DNA of 64,000 nt from Candidatus Midichloriaceae bacterium (GCA_044229535.1 JBGASU010000001.1:1406969-1470968); one strand, 5' to 3'; counted from the stretch's first letter, positions 29,762 to 39,413 are shown. Program-made: numbers and translations. Notes: a model not told the origin generated them from the letters alone.

Positions 29762-30802
29762 ATGCCTAGTACAAGATTTTTTAATAAAGCTGGTGAGTTT
29801 TCTGTTGCAGAGTTAGCACAAGCAGGTAATTGCAAAGTTATAGGTGATGAATCTTTGAAGATAAAAGATATTGCTACTTTAGAAGGTGGTGAGGTAGGAG
29901 AAATAGGTTTTTTGAGTAATGTCAAATACGCAGCGGCATTTCAAAACTCAAAAGTCTCAGCATGTATACTAGAAGAGAGATTTGTAAAATCTGCACCGAG
30001 TGGCATGACTTTGCTTGTAAGTAACAACCCTTATGCGTCATATGCATTAATTGCTGCAAAATTTTACCCATCTAAAATTGCTGGGTACTATAAAGCTCCA
30101 TCTGCAACAATATCACCATCGGCAAGCGTTCATGAGAGTGCTTATGTTGGTGAGAATGTAGTTATAAGTGAGAATGCGGAAATAGGTGCAGGATGTTATA
30201 TAGGTGCTGGTACTTTTGTTGACGCAGGAGTGGTTATCGGCAAGAATACGCAGATTAAATCTAACTGCACTATTGCGTATGCAGTGATTGGAAAAGATTG
30301 TATTATCCACCCAGGGGTTAGAATCGGTCAAGATGGTTTTGGATTCGCACCAAGTGCACAAGGTATTACAAAAGTTGAGCAATTAGGAATGGTTGAAATT
30401 GGAAATAATGTGGAGATCGGTGCGAATACTTGTATAGATCGTGGTGCAATTGAGAACACTATGATTGGTGATGGAACTAAGATAGATAATTTAGTACAGA
30501 TTGCGCATAATGTGAAAATTGGAAAAAATTGCTTTATAGTTTCGCAAGTTGGTATTGCTGGTAGCACTTCGGTAGGTAATCAAGTGATGCTTGGGGGGCA
30601 GGTTGGAATTGCAGGGCATGTTCACATTGGTGATGGTTCAATGATTGCGGCGCAAAGTGGAATTATGTCTGAAGTTGCACCTGGTTCGGTACTGGGGGGC
30701 TCGCCAGCTGTACCAATGAAACAGTGGTTAAGAATGACGGCATATTTGAAAAAAGTTACAGATCGAACAGTAAAAAACAAAGAAGGAAGCTATAATGAGT
30801 AA
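29762..30802 (+). CDS. lpxD: UDP-3-O-acylglucosamine N-acyltransferase
   Basis: 346 aa. Left-handed beta-helix hexapeptide repeats, QIAHNVKIG active-site His region, and synteny with fabZ-lpxA. Confidence 0.92.
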   Translation: MPSTRFFNKAGEFSVAELAQAGNCKVIGDESLKIKDIATLEGGEVGEIGFLSNVKYAAAFQNSKVSACILEERFVKSAPSGMTLLVSNNPYASYALIAAKFYPSKIAGYYKAPSATISPSASVHESAYVGENVVISENAEIGAGCYIGAGTFVDAGVVIGKNTQIKSNCTIAYAVIGKDCIIHPGVRIGQDGFGFAPSAQGITKVEQLGMVEIGNNVEIGANTCIDRGAIENTMIGDGTKIDNLVQIAHNVKIGKNCFIVSQVGIAGSTSVGNQVMLGGQVGIAGHVHIGDGSMIAAQSGIMSEVAPGSVLGGSPAVPMKQWLRMTAYLKKVTDRTVKNKEGSYNE

Positions 30803-31253
30803 CGTAATGCATGTTGAAAAAATAATGAAGATGCTACCGCATCGTTATCCACTTTTGATGGTTGATCGCGTTGTAGAAATTAATGGTGATAAAGGAATTG
30901 TAGCCCTCAAAAACGTAACTATTAATGAAGAATTTTTCACTGGTCACTTTCCTTCACATCCTGTAATGCCTGGGGTTTTGATTATTGAAGCGATGGCGCA
31001 AGCAGCAGGGATATTTGTTATTCATAATACGGCTGATATTGATCCAGAAAAAAAAGTAGTATACTTCATGTCAATTGAAGAAGCGCAATTTAGAAAACCT
31101 GTTGTTCCCGGCGATACTTTATATCTTCATGTAGAGAAAGTAAAAAATAGAGGCAGCGTGTGGAAAATGAAAGGCGAAGCAAAAGTTGATGGTCAGAGAG
31201 TTGCAAATGCTGTGTTCTCGGCAATGATTGTTGATAAAAATAAGGAAGTGTAA
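30795..31253 (+). CDS. fabZ: 3-hydroxyacyl-ACP dehydratase FabZ
   Basis: 152 aa. [13 protein letters not shown] and [22 protein letters not shown]. Confidence 0.95.
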   Translation: MSNVMHVEKIMKMLPHRYPLLMVDRVVEINGDKGIVALKNVTINEEFFTGHFPSHPVMPGVLIIEAMAQAAGIFVIHNTADIDPEKKVVYFMSIEEAQFRKPVVPGDTLYLHVEKVKNRGSVWKMKGEAKVDGQRVANAVFSAMIVDKNKEV

Positions 31254-31256
31254 ATT

Positions 31257-32057
31257 ATGGCAATAATACATCAAACTGCAATTGTTCACCCAAAGGCAAA
31301 GCTTGCTCCAAATGTAGAAATTGGCCCATATTGCACGGTAGGCGAGAACGTTGAATTAGCTGACGGCGTTAAATTAATCTCGCACGTTTGTTTGGATGGG
31401 ATTACTTCAATTGGTGAAGGTACCGAAATTTTTCCTTTCGCTGCGATTGGTTTAGTTACACAAGATTTAAAATATAAGGGCGAGAAATCGCGCCTTGTAA
31501 TTGGTAAAAATAATAAGATCCGCGAGTACGTGACAATTCACCCTGGTACTGCCACAGGCAGAATGGAAACCGTAGTGGGTGATAACTGCTTGCTAATGAT
31601 TAGCTCGCACGTTGCACACGACTGTATAGTTGGAAACAATGTGCTGATGGCAAACCACGCTACACTTGCAGGTCACGTTGAAGTTGGTGATTTCGCAATT
31701 ATCGGTGGACTTTCTGCGGTACGCCAATTCGTAAGAATTGGCCAGCATGCAATAATTGGTGGCATGAGTGGGATTGATCAAGATGTAATTCCTTATGGTA
31801 ATGCCTATGGAGAGAGAGCTAATCTTGAAGGATTGAACCTAGTTGGTTTGAAACGCAGAAATTTTGACCGCGAAACGATTAGTAGTTTGAGAGAAGCTTA
31901 CAGAATAATATTCTTAGACGAACAAGAAACATTCGACAAACGCATTGAAGAAGTTGAAAATAAATTCAAAGACAACCAGTATATTGGTGAAGTACTAGCA
32001 TTTTTAAAACAAGATACATCACGCGCAGTGTGTTTTCCAAAAGGTAGAAAGAAATAG
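31257..32057 (+). CDS. lpxA: Acyl-ACP--UDP-N-acetylglucosamine O-acyltransferase
   Basis: 266 aa. IHQTAIVHPKAKL, hexapeptide repeats and the C-terminal helical domain. Confidence 0.93.
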   Translation: MAIIHQTAIVHPKAKLAPNVEIGPYCTVGENVELADGVKLISHVCLDGITSIGEGTEIFPFAAIGLVTQDLKYKGEKSRLVIGKNNKIREYVTIHPGTATGRMETVVGDNCLLMISSHVAHDCIVGNNVLMANHATLAGHVEVGDFAIIGGLSAVRQFVRIGQHAIIGGMSGIDQDVIPYGNAYGERANLEGLNLVGLKRRNFDRETISSLREAYRIIFLDEQETFDKRIEEVENKFKDNQYIGEVLAFLKQDTSRAVCFPKGRKK

Positions 32058-32879
32058 ATGGCTTTAAAAGGAATTAAGAAATTAGGAATAATTGCAGGTG
32101 ATGGATCTTTACCTAGGCACGTTTATGATGCGTGTATTGAGTCAAAAACTGATGTAGTTGTAATTGGCTTAGATCATGAAACAAACTACGAAATATTTGC
32201 TGACGTAGAAGTTTCAAGATTCCCAGTTTATAAAGTTTCAAAAATTCTTAAAAAACTTAAAGATGAAAATGTTTCACACGTAACTCTTGCAGGAAAAGTT
32301 AAGCGTGCAGATATCCCTCGATTGCTGCTAGATATCAAAGGTGCAAAACTTTTTGCCCAGATTGTGAAGTATGGTCTAGCGGACAATAGTATTTTACAGA
32401 CTATAATTAGGTTTATTGAAAAAGAAGGTTTTGAAATTATCGCTCCTGAAAAAGTTGCAAATGAAATTGTTTTAGGTAAGGGAGCTTTAACTAAGGCTAA
32501 ACCAAACAAGGCAGCGCTAAGCGACATTAAGCAAGGGTTGAAAGTTTTAAAAGGCATTGCAACATTTGATGTTGGGCAATCTCTAGTGATTCAAAATGGT
32601 TTGGTATTGGGTGTGGAAGCGGCAGAAGGAACAGACGAATTATTGAAACGCTGTGGCGAGATTAAGCAATCTGGTGATGGACCTATTCTAATAAAAATCT
32701 CAAAGCCAAAACAAGATAGGCGCGTAGACCTTCCGTGTATAGGGCCTGAAACAATAAAAAATGCTGCTATGTATGGTTTTAAAGGTGTGGCAGCAGAAGC
32801 AGGCTCCGCCCTTATTCTTGATGAAGTCTCAACAATTAAGTTGGCTAATCAAAACAAGATTTTTATCGTTGGGGTTTAG
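32058..32879 (+). CDS. lpxI: UDP-2,3-diacylglucosamine pyrophosphatase LpxI (DUF1009)
   Basis: 273 aa. LGIIAGDGSLP, DVGQSLVIQNGLVLGVEAAEGTDELL and RVDLPCIGPETI. Canonical position after lpxA in alphaproteobacteria. Confidence 0.85.
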   Translation: MALKGIKKLGIIAGDGSLPRHVYDACIESKTDVVVIGLDHETNYEIFADVEVSRFPVYKVSKILKKLKDENVSHVTLAGKVKRADIPRLLLDIKGAKLFAQIVKYGLADNSILQTIIRFIEKEGFEIIAPEKVANEIVLGKGALTKAKPNKAALSDIKQGLKVLKGIATFDVGQSLVIQNGLVLGVEAAEGTDELLKRCGEIKQSGDGPILIKISKPKQDRRVDLPCIGPETIKNAAMYGFKGVAAEAGSALILDEVSTIKLANQNKIFIVGV

Positions 32880-32887
32880 CCTGTAAA

Positions 32888-34333
32888 TTACCTTTGGTTA
32901 CCTCTATCTCGGCTTTGCTCTATATTTTTCACCTGTTCATCATAGAATTCAGTAATATCTCCAGACATAGCTTTTGCTGCGCCTTCTAATACATTCCATC
33001 CTGCAGAAAATGCGTTATAGGCCTTACTTTTTACGCAACCTTTTAACAACAAAAATTTCATTTCTGTAGGAAGTAATTTGTTTAGCAGAGTGCTTAATGG
33101 TGGGCAAACTCCTGCTGACAAGAACATTTCGATCACTTCTTTATTTCGATGAGCTGCACATACAGTAAGAGCATTGTCACCAAATCTATTCATCGGCTCT
33201 AAAGCTGTTCTTAGGAGGTCAGGGTAATCTTTGATTGCACTAATTAGTTCTGCAATCAATTTGGTATCATTACGCATAGCAGCCCTAAAAAGTAAATTTG
33301 CATTAAAAAAATCACGATTATCAAAAGAACTTTTTAAGAAATTATAATTGTATTCTGCTGCTTCTAGTATTGATTTCATTAACTCGTTATCTCCATTATT
33401 TACTGCATGGTAGAGCGTGGTGAAGCCAGAATTATCTCTTGCCCAGATGTTGTAATTAGGGTGAGCAAAGCATTTTGAGAAAATATATGCAGCTGTACTA
33501 TCAGACAAGCGATTGAAATTATAAATATAATGCCCTTGGGATATTAGATCTAAAGCCAGAGCTATATTGCCATTTCCCAACGCAGTAATTAGTTCTGGGC
33601 TATTTTGGCCATTATGCCCTTCATAATAACCTAAAAACCTATGCAGCTCTTTTAGTAGATCTTTATTACCAGCAACAAATAAATCTTTATAAAAGTCCTG
33701 CAAATCTTCCTTAGTATCTAGATTGTATAGTGGCATATTTTGTATGCCTTTTATTCCTTGGCCACATCCATTCTCAACAAGGTATTTGAATATTTCAAAT
33801 TGCCCATATCTCAAAGCAAAAGCTAGCGGTGATATAAATTCTCTTACGTTATCTAATGTTTTAATAGTGGGCAGTCTAAAGTCCTCAGCTTCATTAAAAT
33901 TTTCTTTTGTCTTCTCAATTTCTTCTGGTGTCTTATTTCTCTGCTCGCCTGCGCGATAATCGAAGACTTTGAACTCCTTTTTATGATATGGCGCTAGAAT
34001 TTTTAAGAGTTTTAAGCTGTTGTGTCTAATTGCCGCTTCCAAAGCATTATCGCCATCAATACTCTTTTCTTCATTGGTTTTTGGGTCTGTATATACTGCT
34101 GAGCTTCTTAAATTCAAAACTTCAGCATTTTTAGCAACTATAGCGTTTACAACTGTTTCTAAATTAAAGCTCATATCCCAAGCATCCTGCTCTGACGGGG
34201 CAAGCATGTGCAAAATGGTGTTCCCATTTTTATCTTGCTCTAATATTTGCTCTGGAGTTAAGTCGGCAATTATCTCAAGCGCTTGTTCGGTTGTAACTCC
34301 TCTAACATTAAAAATGTCGGATATACTTCTCAT
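32888..34333 (-). CDS. Ankyrin-repeat protein, candidate effector
   Basis: 481 aa. ANK repeats include KNGNTILHMLAP, DGDNALEAAIRHNSLKLLKIL, SGFTTLYHAVNNGDNELMKSIL and FGDNALTVCAAHRNKEVIEMFLSAG. No signal peptide. Basic C-terminus (SRDRGNQR). Confidence 0.85.
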   Translation of the reverse strand: MRSISDIFNVRGVTTEQALEIIADLTPEQILEQDKNGNTILHMLAPSEQDAWDMSFNLETVVNAIVAKNAEVLNLRSSAVYTDPKTNEEKSIDGDNALEAAIRHNSLKLLKILAPYHKKEFKVFDYRAGEQRNKTPEEIEKTKENFNEAEDFRLPTIKTLDNVREFISPLAFALRYGQFEIFKYLVENGCGQGIKGIQNMPLYNLDTKEDLQDFYKDLFVAGNKDLLKELHRFLGYYEGHNGQNSPELITALGNGNIALALDLISQGHYIYNFNRLSDSTAAYIFSKCFAHPNYNIWARDNSGFTTLYHAVNNGDNELMKSILEAAEYNYNFLKSSFDNRDFFNANLLFRAAMRNDTKLIAELISAIKDYPDLLRTALEPMNRFGDNALTVCAAHRNKEVIEMFLSAGVCPPLSTLLNKLLPTEMKFLLLKGCVKSKAYNAFSAGWNVLEGAAKAMSGDITEFYDEQVKNIEQSRDRGNQR

Positions 34334-34394
34334 GTAAAAACCTTAATTATATGTTTGACATGTGTATTATAACACAGTTTTAGCGTGGAATTTA

Positions 34395-34409
34395 TTAAGA
34401 TTTTGTTAA
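34395..34409 (-). promoter_or_regulatory. CtrA-box-like site TTAA-N7-TTAA upstream of the 481-aa ankyrin gene
   Basis: Plus strand TTAAGATTTTGTTAA; on the gene strand TTAACAAAATCTTAA, close to the 7668 site TTAACAAAACTTTAA. Its near edge is 62 nt from ATG 34333. Confidence 0.5.
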
Positions 34410-34452
34410 ATTTTGTTGGTATTTCTTAGGGGTGGTCGAAATTAAGAGTTTT

Positions 34453-34998
34453 TTAAAAACTCGTGGTTTTTAGACCTTCGCGTAAATACGCGTATCCTGT
34501 TATGAGAGTTAGAACTGCTGCAGACCAGAGTAATATTTCGCCAATTATATCTAAGTTTGGAATGCCAGTGGCCTTCTCACCTAATAGTACGATAATAATC
34601 GCAACCATCTGTAATCCAGTTTTGATTTTTGCTAAATTACTAACTGGGATGCTCACTTTAAATTCGGCCAATGATTCCCTTAAGCCAGATACAGTGATTT
34701 CTCTAAGAAGTATCAGTAAGCATGGGATGAAGTGAGCTCTGTCAAAATGTACTAACATCACTAGTGTTGATGCAACCAGCAGTTTATCGGCAATAGGGTC
34801 AAAAACACGGCCAAAGCTAGAGTGAGCATTGTATTTGCGGGCAATTAGGCCGTCTAAATAATCTGTAATGCTAGCAAAAATGAAGATTATTGCCGTTACC
34901 CAATGCGAGATTTTGCCATCAAGGTAAAAGGCGATAATCAGTATTGGAATTAATGCGATTCTTAATAAAGTCAGGTAATTAGGTATGTTTTTAAACAT
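34453..34998 (-). CDS. pgsA: CDP-diacylglycerol--glycerol-3-phosphate 3-phosphatidyltransferase
   Basis: 181 aa. CDP-alcohol phosphatidyltransferase motif DYLDGLIARKYNAHSSFGRVFDPIADK. Multi-TM. Confidence 0.9.
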   Translation of the reverse strand: MFKNIPNYLTLLRIALIPILIIAFYLDGKISHWVTAIIFIFASITDYLDGLIARKYNAHSSFGRVFDPIADKLLVASTLVMLVHFDRAHFIPCLLILLREITVSGLRESLAEFKVSIPVSNLAKIKTGLQMVAIIIVLLGEKATGIPNLDIIGEILLWSAAVLTLITGYAYLREGLKTTSF

Positions 34999-35117
34999 TT
35001 TAAATATAGCTTTTTGACTGCGTTAGGCATGATATTGTCTCAATACTAAGACGTGTTGTCAATCAGGTAGAATTGAAATCTTAACAAAAAAGATGTTGAC
35101 ATCTTAACACTTGCTTG

Positions 35118-35146
35118 TTTACAAGTGCTGTAAAACGTAATATAAT
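35118..35146 (+). promoter_or_regulatory. Sigma70-like promoter TTTACA-17-TATAAT upstream of the phoB-like gene
   Basis: -35 TTTACA at 35118-35123, 17-nt spacer, -10 TATAAT at 35141-35146. ATG at 35175. Confidence 0.45.
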
Positions 35147-35174
35147 CAGTAATATAGAATAAAAAAGTAGTTTT

Positions 35175-35894
35175 ATGGTAAAAAATTTGCAACCAATGAT
35201 ATTAGTTGTTGAAGACGATGATTCTATATCTTCCATAATCAAGTATAATTTGAAAAAAGCGGGATACTTAGTCAATGTTGTTGATAATGGAAATGATGCC
35301 ATTGATTTTGCAAAAGGTAGTACTCCAGATTTAGTTTTATTAGATTGGATGCTTCCAGGAATGACAGGAATTGATGTATGTAAAGCATTAAGGTCTATGC
35401 CTGAAACAGCTAATATTCCAATTATAATGTTATCTGCTAAAGGCGAAGAAATAGATAAAATTACAGGTCTTGAAAGAGGAGCTGATGATTATATCACAAA
35501 ACCTTTCTCACCAGTCGAGTTGTCTGCAAGAATAAAGGCCGTATTAAGAAGAATAAGACCAGCTTTCTCTGGTAAATTTTTAGAGTTTGATGATATAATA
35601 ATGGATCTTTCTATGCACACAGTGTCGCGTGATGGTAAAGAATTAAAAGTATCGCCTATTGAATTCAAAATTCTCCAATCATTGATGGAAAATCCAGGCA
35701 GAGTTCTATCTCGTGAAGCGATAATGGATAAAATTTGGGGCACTGAAATCTATGTTGGAACTAGAACTATAGATGTTCACATTACTAGATTAAGAAAAAT
35801 TTTAGTCGCTTCAAGCAAGGACGGCGAAGATGTTATCAAGACAGTTAGGCTTGGTGGTTATGCTCTAAAAACTGGTAAGAAAAAAGAAAAATAA
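35175..35894 (+). CDS. phoB: OmpR/PhoB-family response regulator, PhoB-like
   Basis: 239 aa. DLVLLDWMLPGMTGIDV, MLSAKGEEIDKITGLERGADDYITKPFSPVELSARIKAVLRR and RTIDVHITRLRK closely match the PhoB pattern as I remember it. Confidence 0.8.
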   Translation: MVKNLQPMILVVEDDDSISSIIKYNLKKAGYLVNVVDNGNDAIDFAKGSTPDLVLLDWMLPGMTGIDVCKALRSMPETANIPIIMLSAKGEEIDKITGLERGADDYITKPFSPVELSARIKAVLRRIRPAFSGKFLEFDDIIMDLSMHTVSRDGKELKVSPIEFKILQSLMENPGRVLSREAIMDKIWGTEIYVGTRTIDVHITRLRKILVASSKDGEDVIKTVRLGGYALKTGKKKEK

Positions 35895-35915
35895 ATTTAT
35901 AAGAGAGATTCCAGG

Positions 35916-38507
35916 ATGGAATTCTTGAAAAAGAGATTTATAGACAATAAGACATTAGTCTCAAAAGCCAATAGTTTTGTAGTAAGGAATCATTACGGTC
36001 AGACAGCACCAATTTATGTCGGTTATTTTCTAGCTTTTATTTTTACAGCGCTTATGGCGTTTTTATTCGATGGTAACCCATTGCTTATAACTGGCGTATT
36101 CCTAATATTTTTTGGCTTTGCCTGTCTTATTAATAGTTTTTATCTGAATAAATATTGTGAAATTAATAACGCTATAGAGTTTCAAAATGCAATATATACG
36201 GCTGCATTGAGAGGAGATTGTGATTACTGTTTAATTTTCAATGAGGATGGAGAAGTAGTATATGCAGATCCCAGATTGCAAAAACTCTCAGCTGCCAAAG
36301 TTTTTAAAAATGTATCTGAGTTAGATATGTTATTGGGAGCTTTTAAAGTATCTCCTGAAAAGACACAGCTTATTCATGAAGTAGTATACCGCAGTAAATT
36401 CAAAGAACAAACACCAGACCATCATCAGACAATTAGTAAAAATGATCGCTCAGTAATACTGAAGCCGTTTCATATTGATGAAGGTGATTTTTCTATAGCG
36501 GTTTGGACATTAGAAAGACCTGCTGGTTTTACGACTATAAAAATCTCAAAGATTGAAGAAGAAAACGAAATTTCTCAAATTGTTGAGAGTATAGCAATAG
36601 GTTTTTATGAGTTGGATCACACTGGGCATTTGCTAAAATGTAACGAGTATTTGGCAAGAATGTTAGGATATGACAAGAAAGAGTTGATTATAAAAGATCT
36701 AAAATTTGATTCTTTAATTGATAAAGATGAATCAATGGACTCTCTTATCTCTACACCCAAAATGGCTAATGCTATTCTTGGGAACTGGCAAGGTTTTTTA
36801 ACTTTCAGGGCGAAATTTAACGAGCATATACATGCCTTTGTGATACAAAAAGCATATTTCAAATCAAATGGGCAAATAGATAGAATCATAGGTTATGTTA
36901 TCAAGCTTCAAGATGAATCTTTGATGCTTAAATCAAAAGGTGTAGAGAAAGGTTGGATTGATTATAGTTGGAAATGCTTTTTTGAAAACTCGCCATATCC
37001 TGTAGCAATTCTAGATAAAGCTGGGGTTGTTTTAAAGATTAACAGATCTTTTGAAGAAATTTTACCAGCAAGTTATTTGGGTATTGAGTTTGAAAAAATA
37101 TTTGTAGATTCTGATAAAGATTTGATAGGAAAACAAATAGCTGACATAGTTTCAAAAAATGCACAGCCAGTTCCAATTAGAAATGCTAGAGTAAATGATT
37201 CTAAGAGGGTCTTGGACGTTTATTTAGGAAAAATACTTGATCTAAACGGCGATACTTATGGATTTATGGTGCGTATTGCCGATATTACTCAGCAGCTAGA
37301 GTTGGAAAACAGCTTATCTCACGCGCAAAGAATGCAGACAATAGGACATCTTGCTGGCTCAATAGCGCATGATTTTAATAATCTGCTTACAGCCATAGCT
37401 GGATTCTGTGATTTGCTGTTTATGAGACATACGGTTGGAGATCCATCATTTGCACACATTATGCAGATAAAGCAAAGTGCAGACAGGGCAACAAATCTAG
37501 TAAGAAGGCTTTTGGCTTTTTCTAGAAAACAAACTTTAAAGCCGCAGATAATAAACCCTGCTGAGCTTTTTACAGATTTCTCTTCATTGATACAAAGGCT
37601 AATAGGATCAGAGATTAATTTTTCTCAGAAGATAGATCCTAATATATGGAGTGTAAAAGTCGATCCAGTCCAGATGGAACAAGTTATTCTAAATCTTATT
37701 GTTAATGCTCACCAAGCTATGGAAAATGGAGGCAATTTAGAGGTTAGAGTCAAAAATGTAATCCTGCAAAAAGATGATATTGTTTTAAGGGGGGTGGTAG
37801 CTCCATCGGGTGAAGGAATGCCGCCAGCTGGAGAATATGTTTGTATAGAAGTAGAAGATAATGGATCTGGTATTCCTCAAGATATAATACTTAAGATATT
37901 TGAACCATTCTTTACTACTAAAGCTGAAAAGTCTGGTACAGGGCTTGGGTTGTCTACTGTATATGGTATAGTTCACCAGTCTGAGGGCTATATTTATGTT
38001 AGGAGTGTTGTAGGTAAAGGAACAAATTTTATAATTTATTTTAAGCGTCACCAATTATCATTGGAGGAGCAGATTGAATTACAAAGAATAGAGCAAGAAA
38101 AGATCAAAGAAGAGGCTAATAATAAGCAAGATTACTCTGGAAAAGGGGTGATAGTATTGGTTGAAGATGAGGAAGCAGTTCGTTTATTTGCCAAAAATGT
38201 TTTGATTAGTAAGGGATATGATGTAATAGAATTTAACTCAGCAAAAAGCGCATTAGAGCAGCTAAGAGCGGATATTCATAGAATTGATTTGATAATCTCT
38301 GATGTAATGATGCCAGAAATGACTGGTCCAGCGTTTATAAGCGAGTTAAGTAAAATCAAGCCTAATATAAATGTTATTTTCGTATCAGGCTATGGAGAAG
38401 AGGCATTCAGTGAAGAATATGGAGAAAAGAGGGATTTCCACTTTATTCCTAAGCCATTTAGTCTAAAACAGCTCGTGGCTAAAGTAAAAGAGGTGATAGG
38501 AAGTTGA
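35916..38507 (+). CDS. cckA: Hybrid sensor histidine kinase/response regulator, CckA-like
   Basis: 863 aa. Two N-terminal TM segments, PAS-like regions, and H-box IGHLAGSIAHDFNNLLTAI followed by GDPSFAHIMQIKQSADRATNLVRRLLAFSRKQTLKP (CckA-like). N-box LNLIVNAHQAM, G boxes DNGSGI and GTGLGLSTVYG. C-terminal receiver VLVEDEEAV...LIISDVMMPEMTG. Confidence 0.8.
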   Translation: MEFLKKRFIDNKTLVSKANSFVVRNHYGQTAPIYVGYFLAFIFTALMAFLFDGNPLLITGVFLIFFGFACLINSFYLNKYCEINNAIEFQNAIYTAALRGDCDYCLIFNEDGEVVYADPRLQKLSAAKVFKNVSELDMLLGAFKVSPEKTQLIHEVVYRSKFKEQTPDHHQTISKNDRSVILKPFHIDEGDFSIAVWTLERPAGFTTIKISKIEEENEISQIVESIAIGFYELDHTGHLLKCNEYLARMLGYDKKELIIKDLKFDSLIDKDESMDSLISTPKMANAILGNWQGFLTFRAKFNEHIHAFVIQKAYFKSNGQIDRIIGYVIKLQDESLMLKSKGVEKGWIDYSWKCFFENSPYPVAILDKAGVVLKINRSFEEILPASYLGIEFEKIFVDSDKDLIGKQIADIVSKNAQPVPIRNARVNDSKRVLDVYLGKILDLNGDTYGFMVRIADITQQLELENSLSHAQRMQTIGHLAGSIAHDFNNLLTAIAGFCDLLFMRHTVGDPSFAHIMQIKQSADRATNLVRRLLAFSRKQTLKPQIINPAELFTDFSSLIQRLIGSEINFSQKIDPNIWSVKVDPVQMEQVILNLIVNAHQAMENGGNLEVRVKNVILQKDDIVLRGVVAPSGEGMPPAGEYVCIEVEDNGSGIPQDIILKIFEPFFTTKAEKSGTGLGLSTVYGIVHQSEGYIYVRSVVGKGTNFIIYFKRHQLSLEEQIELQRIEQEKIKEEANNKQDYSGKGVIVLVEDEEAVRLFAKNVLISKGYDVIEFNSAKSALEQLRADIHRIDLIISDVMMPEMTGPAFISELSKIKPNINVIFVSGYGEEAFSEEYGEKRDFHFIPKPFSLKQLVAKVKEVIGS

Positions 38508-38521
38508 TTTTTATATAAAAA

Positions 38522-38537
38522 TTAACTTTTTATTAAC
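38522..38537 (+). promoter_or_regulatory. CtrA-box-like site TTAA-N7-TTAAC upstream of the truncated CckA paralog
   Basis: TTAACTTTTTATTAAC. It ends about 46-49 nt upstream of the start (TTG 38583 or ATG 38586). The second half-site continues as TTAACCATT, as at 14763 and 24841. Confidence 0.45.
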
Positions 38538-38582
38538 CATTATTCAAATAGACTTAATTAATAAGGTTTTAGAGAGTTTGAT

Positions 38583-39413
38583 TTGATGAAAAAGAAACTG
38601 GAAAATTTAGTAAGTAATAAAGTGCTAGATACAGCACCCAGCATGATTGCTGATATCAATGGTGCGCTTATAGATGTATCTCCAAAAAATGAAATAGAAA
38701 ATATTATAGAATCTTATGAGACCGCATTGGAAATGCAGCAAGAAAGTGCAAAAAAATCTGAGGGGCAAATTGTAATTAAAAAGAGGTTTATTGATAATAT
38801 GGCTATGTTGAAAAAAGCTGATAATTTTATTCATCGTAAGCACTTCGGGAAAACAGCGCCGCTATTTGTTGCTTATGTTGTTGTTTTTGTTTTAAGTATG
38901 ATATTCTTGTTAATAAATGAACAGAATTCTATTTTGGTTCTGATAGTAGCATTATTAATAGGTGCTGCATGCCTAGTGAATGTTCATTTCTTGAAAAAGT
39001 TTAATCGTATAAATAATGCTATAGAATTCCAAAATTATATATTTGCAAATGCATTGAGAAGCGATAATGAGTATTGCATTATTTTCAATGAAGATGGCGA
39101 TGTGGTCTATACAGACCCTAGAATTCAAAAGTTAGAAGTTTCTGAAGAAGCAAAAAAAGTGCATGACTTAGATTTGTTGTTAATGAGTTTTGAAGTGGAT
39201 GACTCAAAAATACAAGCCGTCAAGGATGCTATATTTAAAAAGAAGATTGATGAAAACCAAGAGACGTCATCAGCTGGTGATTTGCTAGCTCTGACTCTGA
39301 GTTTTGCTCATCCTAAAAAAGGCTCATTTGTAATAAATGTTAATCAACTTGAGCATCCAGTTGGTTACACGGTTCTTAAGATGACAAAAAATATGGATAA
39401 TAAGGGGATATAA
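38583..39413 (+). CDS. Stand-alone paralog of the CckA-like N-terminal (2-TM + first PAS-like) module, without kinase domains
   Basis: 276 aa. Residues ~66-200 align with residues ~5-140 of ORF 35916: KKRFIDN..., RKHFGKTAPLFVAY versus RNHYGQTAPIYVGY, and NNAIEFQNYIFANALRSDNEYCIIFNEDGDVVYTDPRIQKL versus NNAIEFQNAIYTAALRGDCDYCLIFNEDGEVVYADPRLQKL. ATG at 38586 is the likely start. Confidence 0.75.
   Translation: MMKKKLENLVSNKVLDTAPSMIADINGALIDVSPKNEIENIIESYETALEMQQESAKKSEGQIVIKKRFIDNMAMLKKADNFIHRKHFGKTAPLFVAYVVVFVLSMIFLLINEQNSILVLIVALLIGAACLVNVHFLKKFNRINNAIEFQNYIFANALRSDNEYCIIFNEDGDVVYTDPRIQKLEVSEEAKKVHDLDLLLMSFEVDDSKIQAVKDAIFKKKIDENQETSSAGDLLALTLSFAHPKKGSFVINVNQLEHPVGYTVLKMTKNMDNKGI

Noticed and set aside
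35096-35146. Consensus TTGACA at 35096-35101 as the -35 of the phoB-like promoter
   Set aside because: It lies 39 nt from the TATAAT. TTTACA at 35118-35123, with a 17-nt spacer, fits better. The TTGACA is part of a palindrome.
35175-35894. Calling the OmpR-family regulator next to the CckA-like kinase CtrA
   Set aside because: The sequence follows the PhoB pattern (DWMLPG..GI, ARGEE-type loop, GADDYITKPFSP.EL.ARIKAV.RR, RT(I/V)DVHI.RLRK) much more closely than the CtrA sequence as I recall it.
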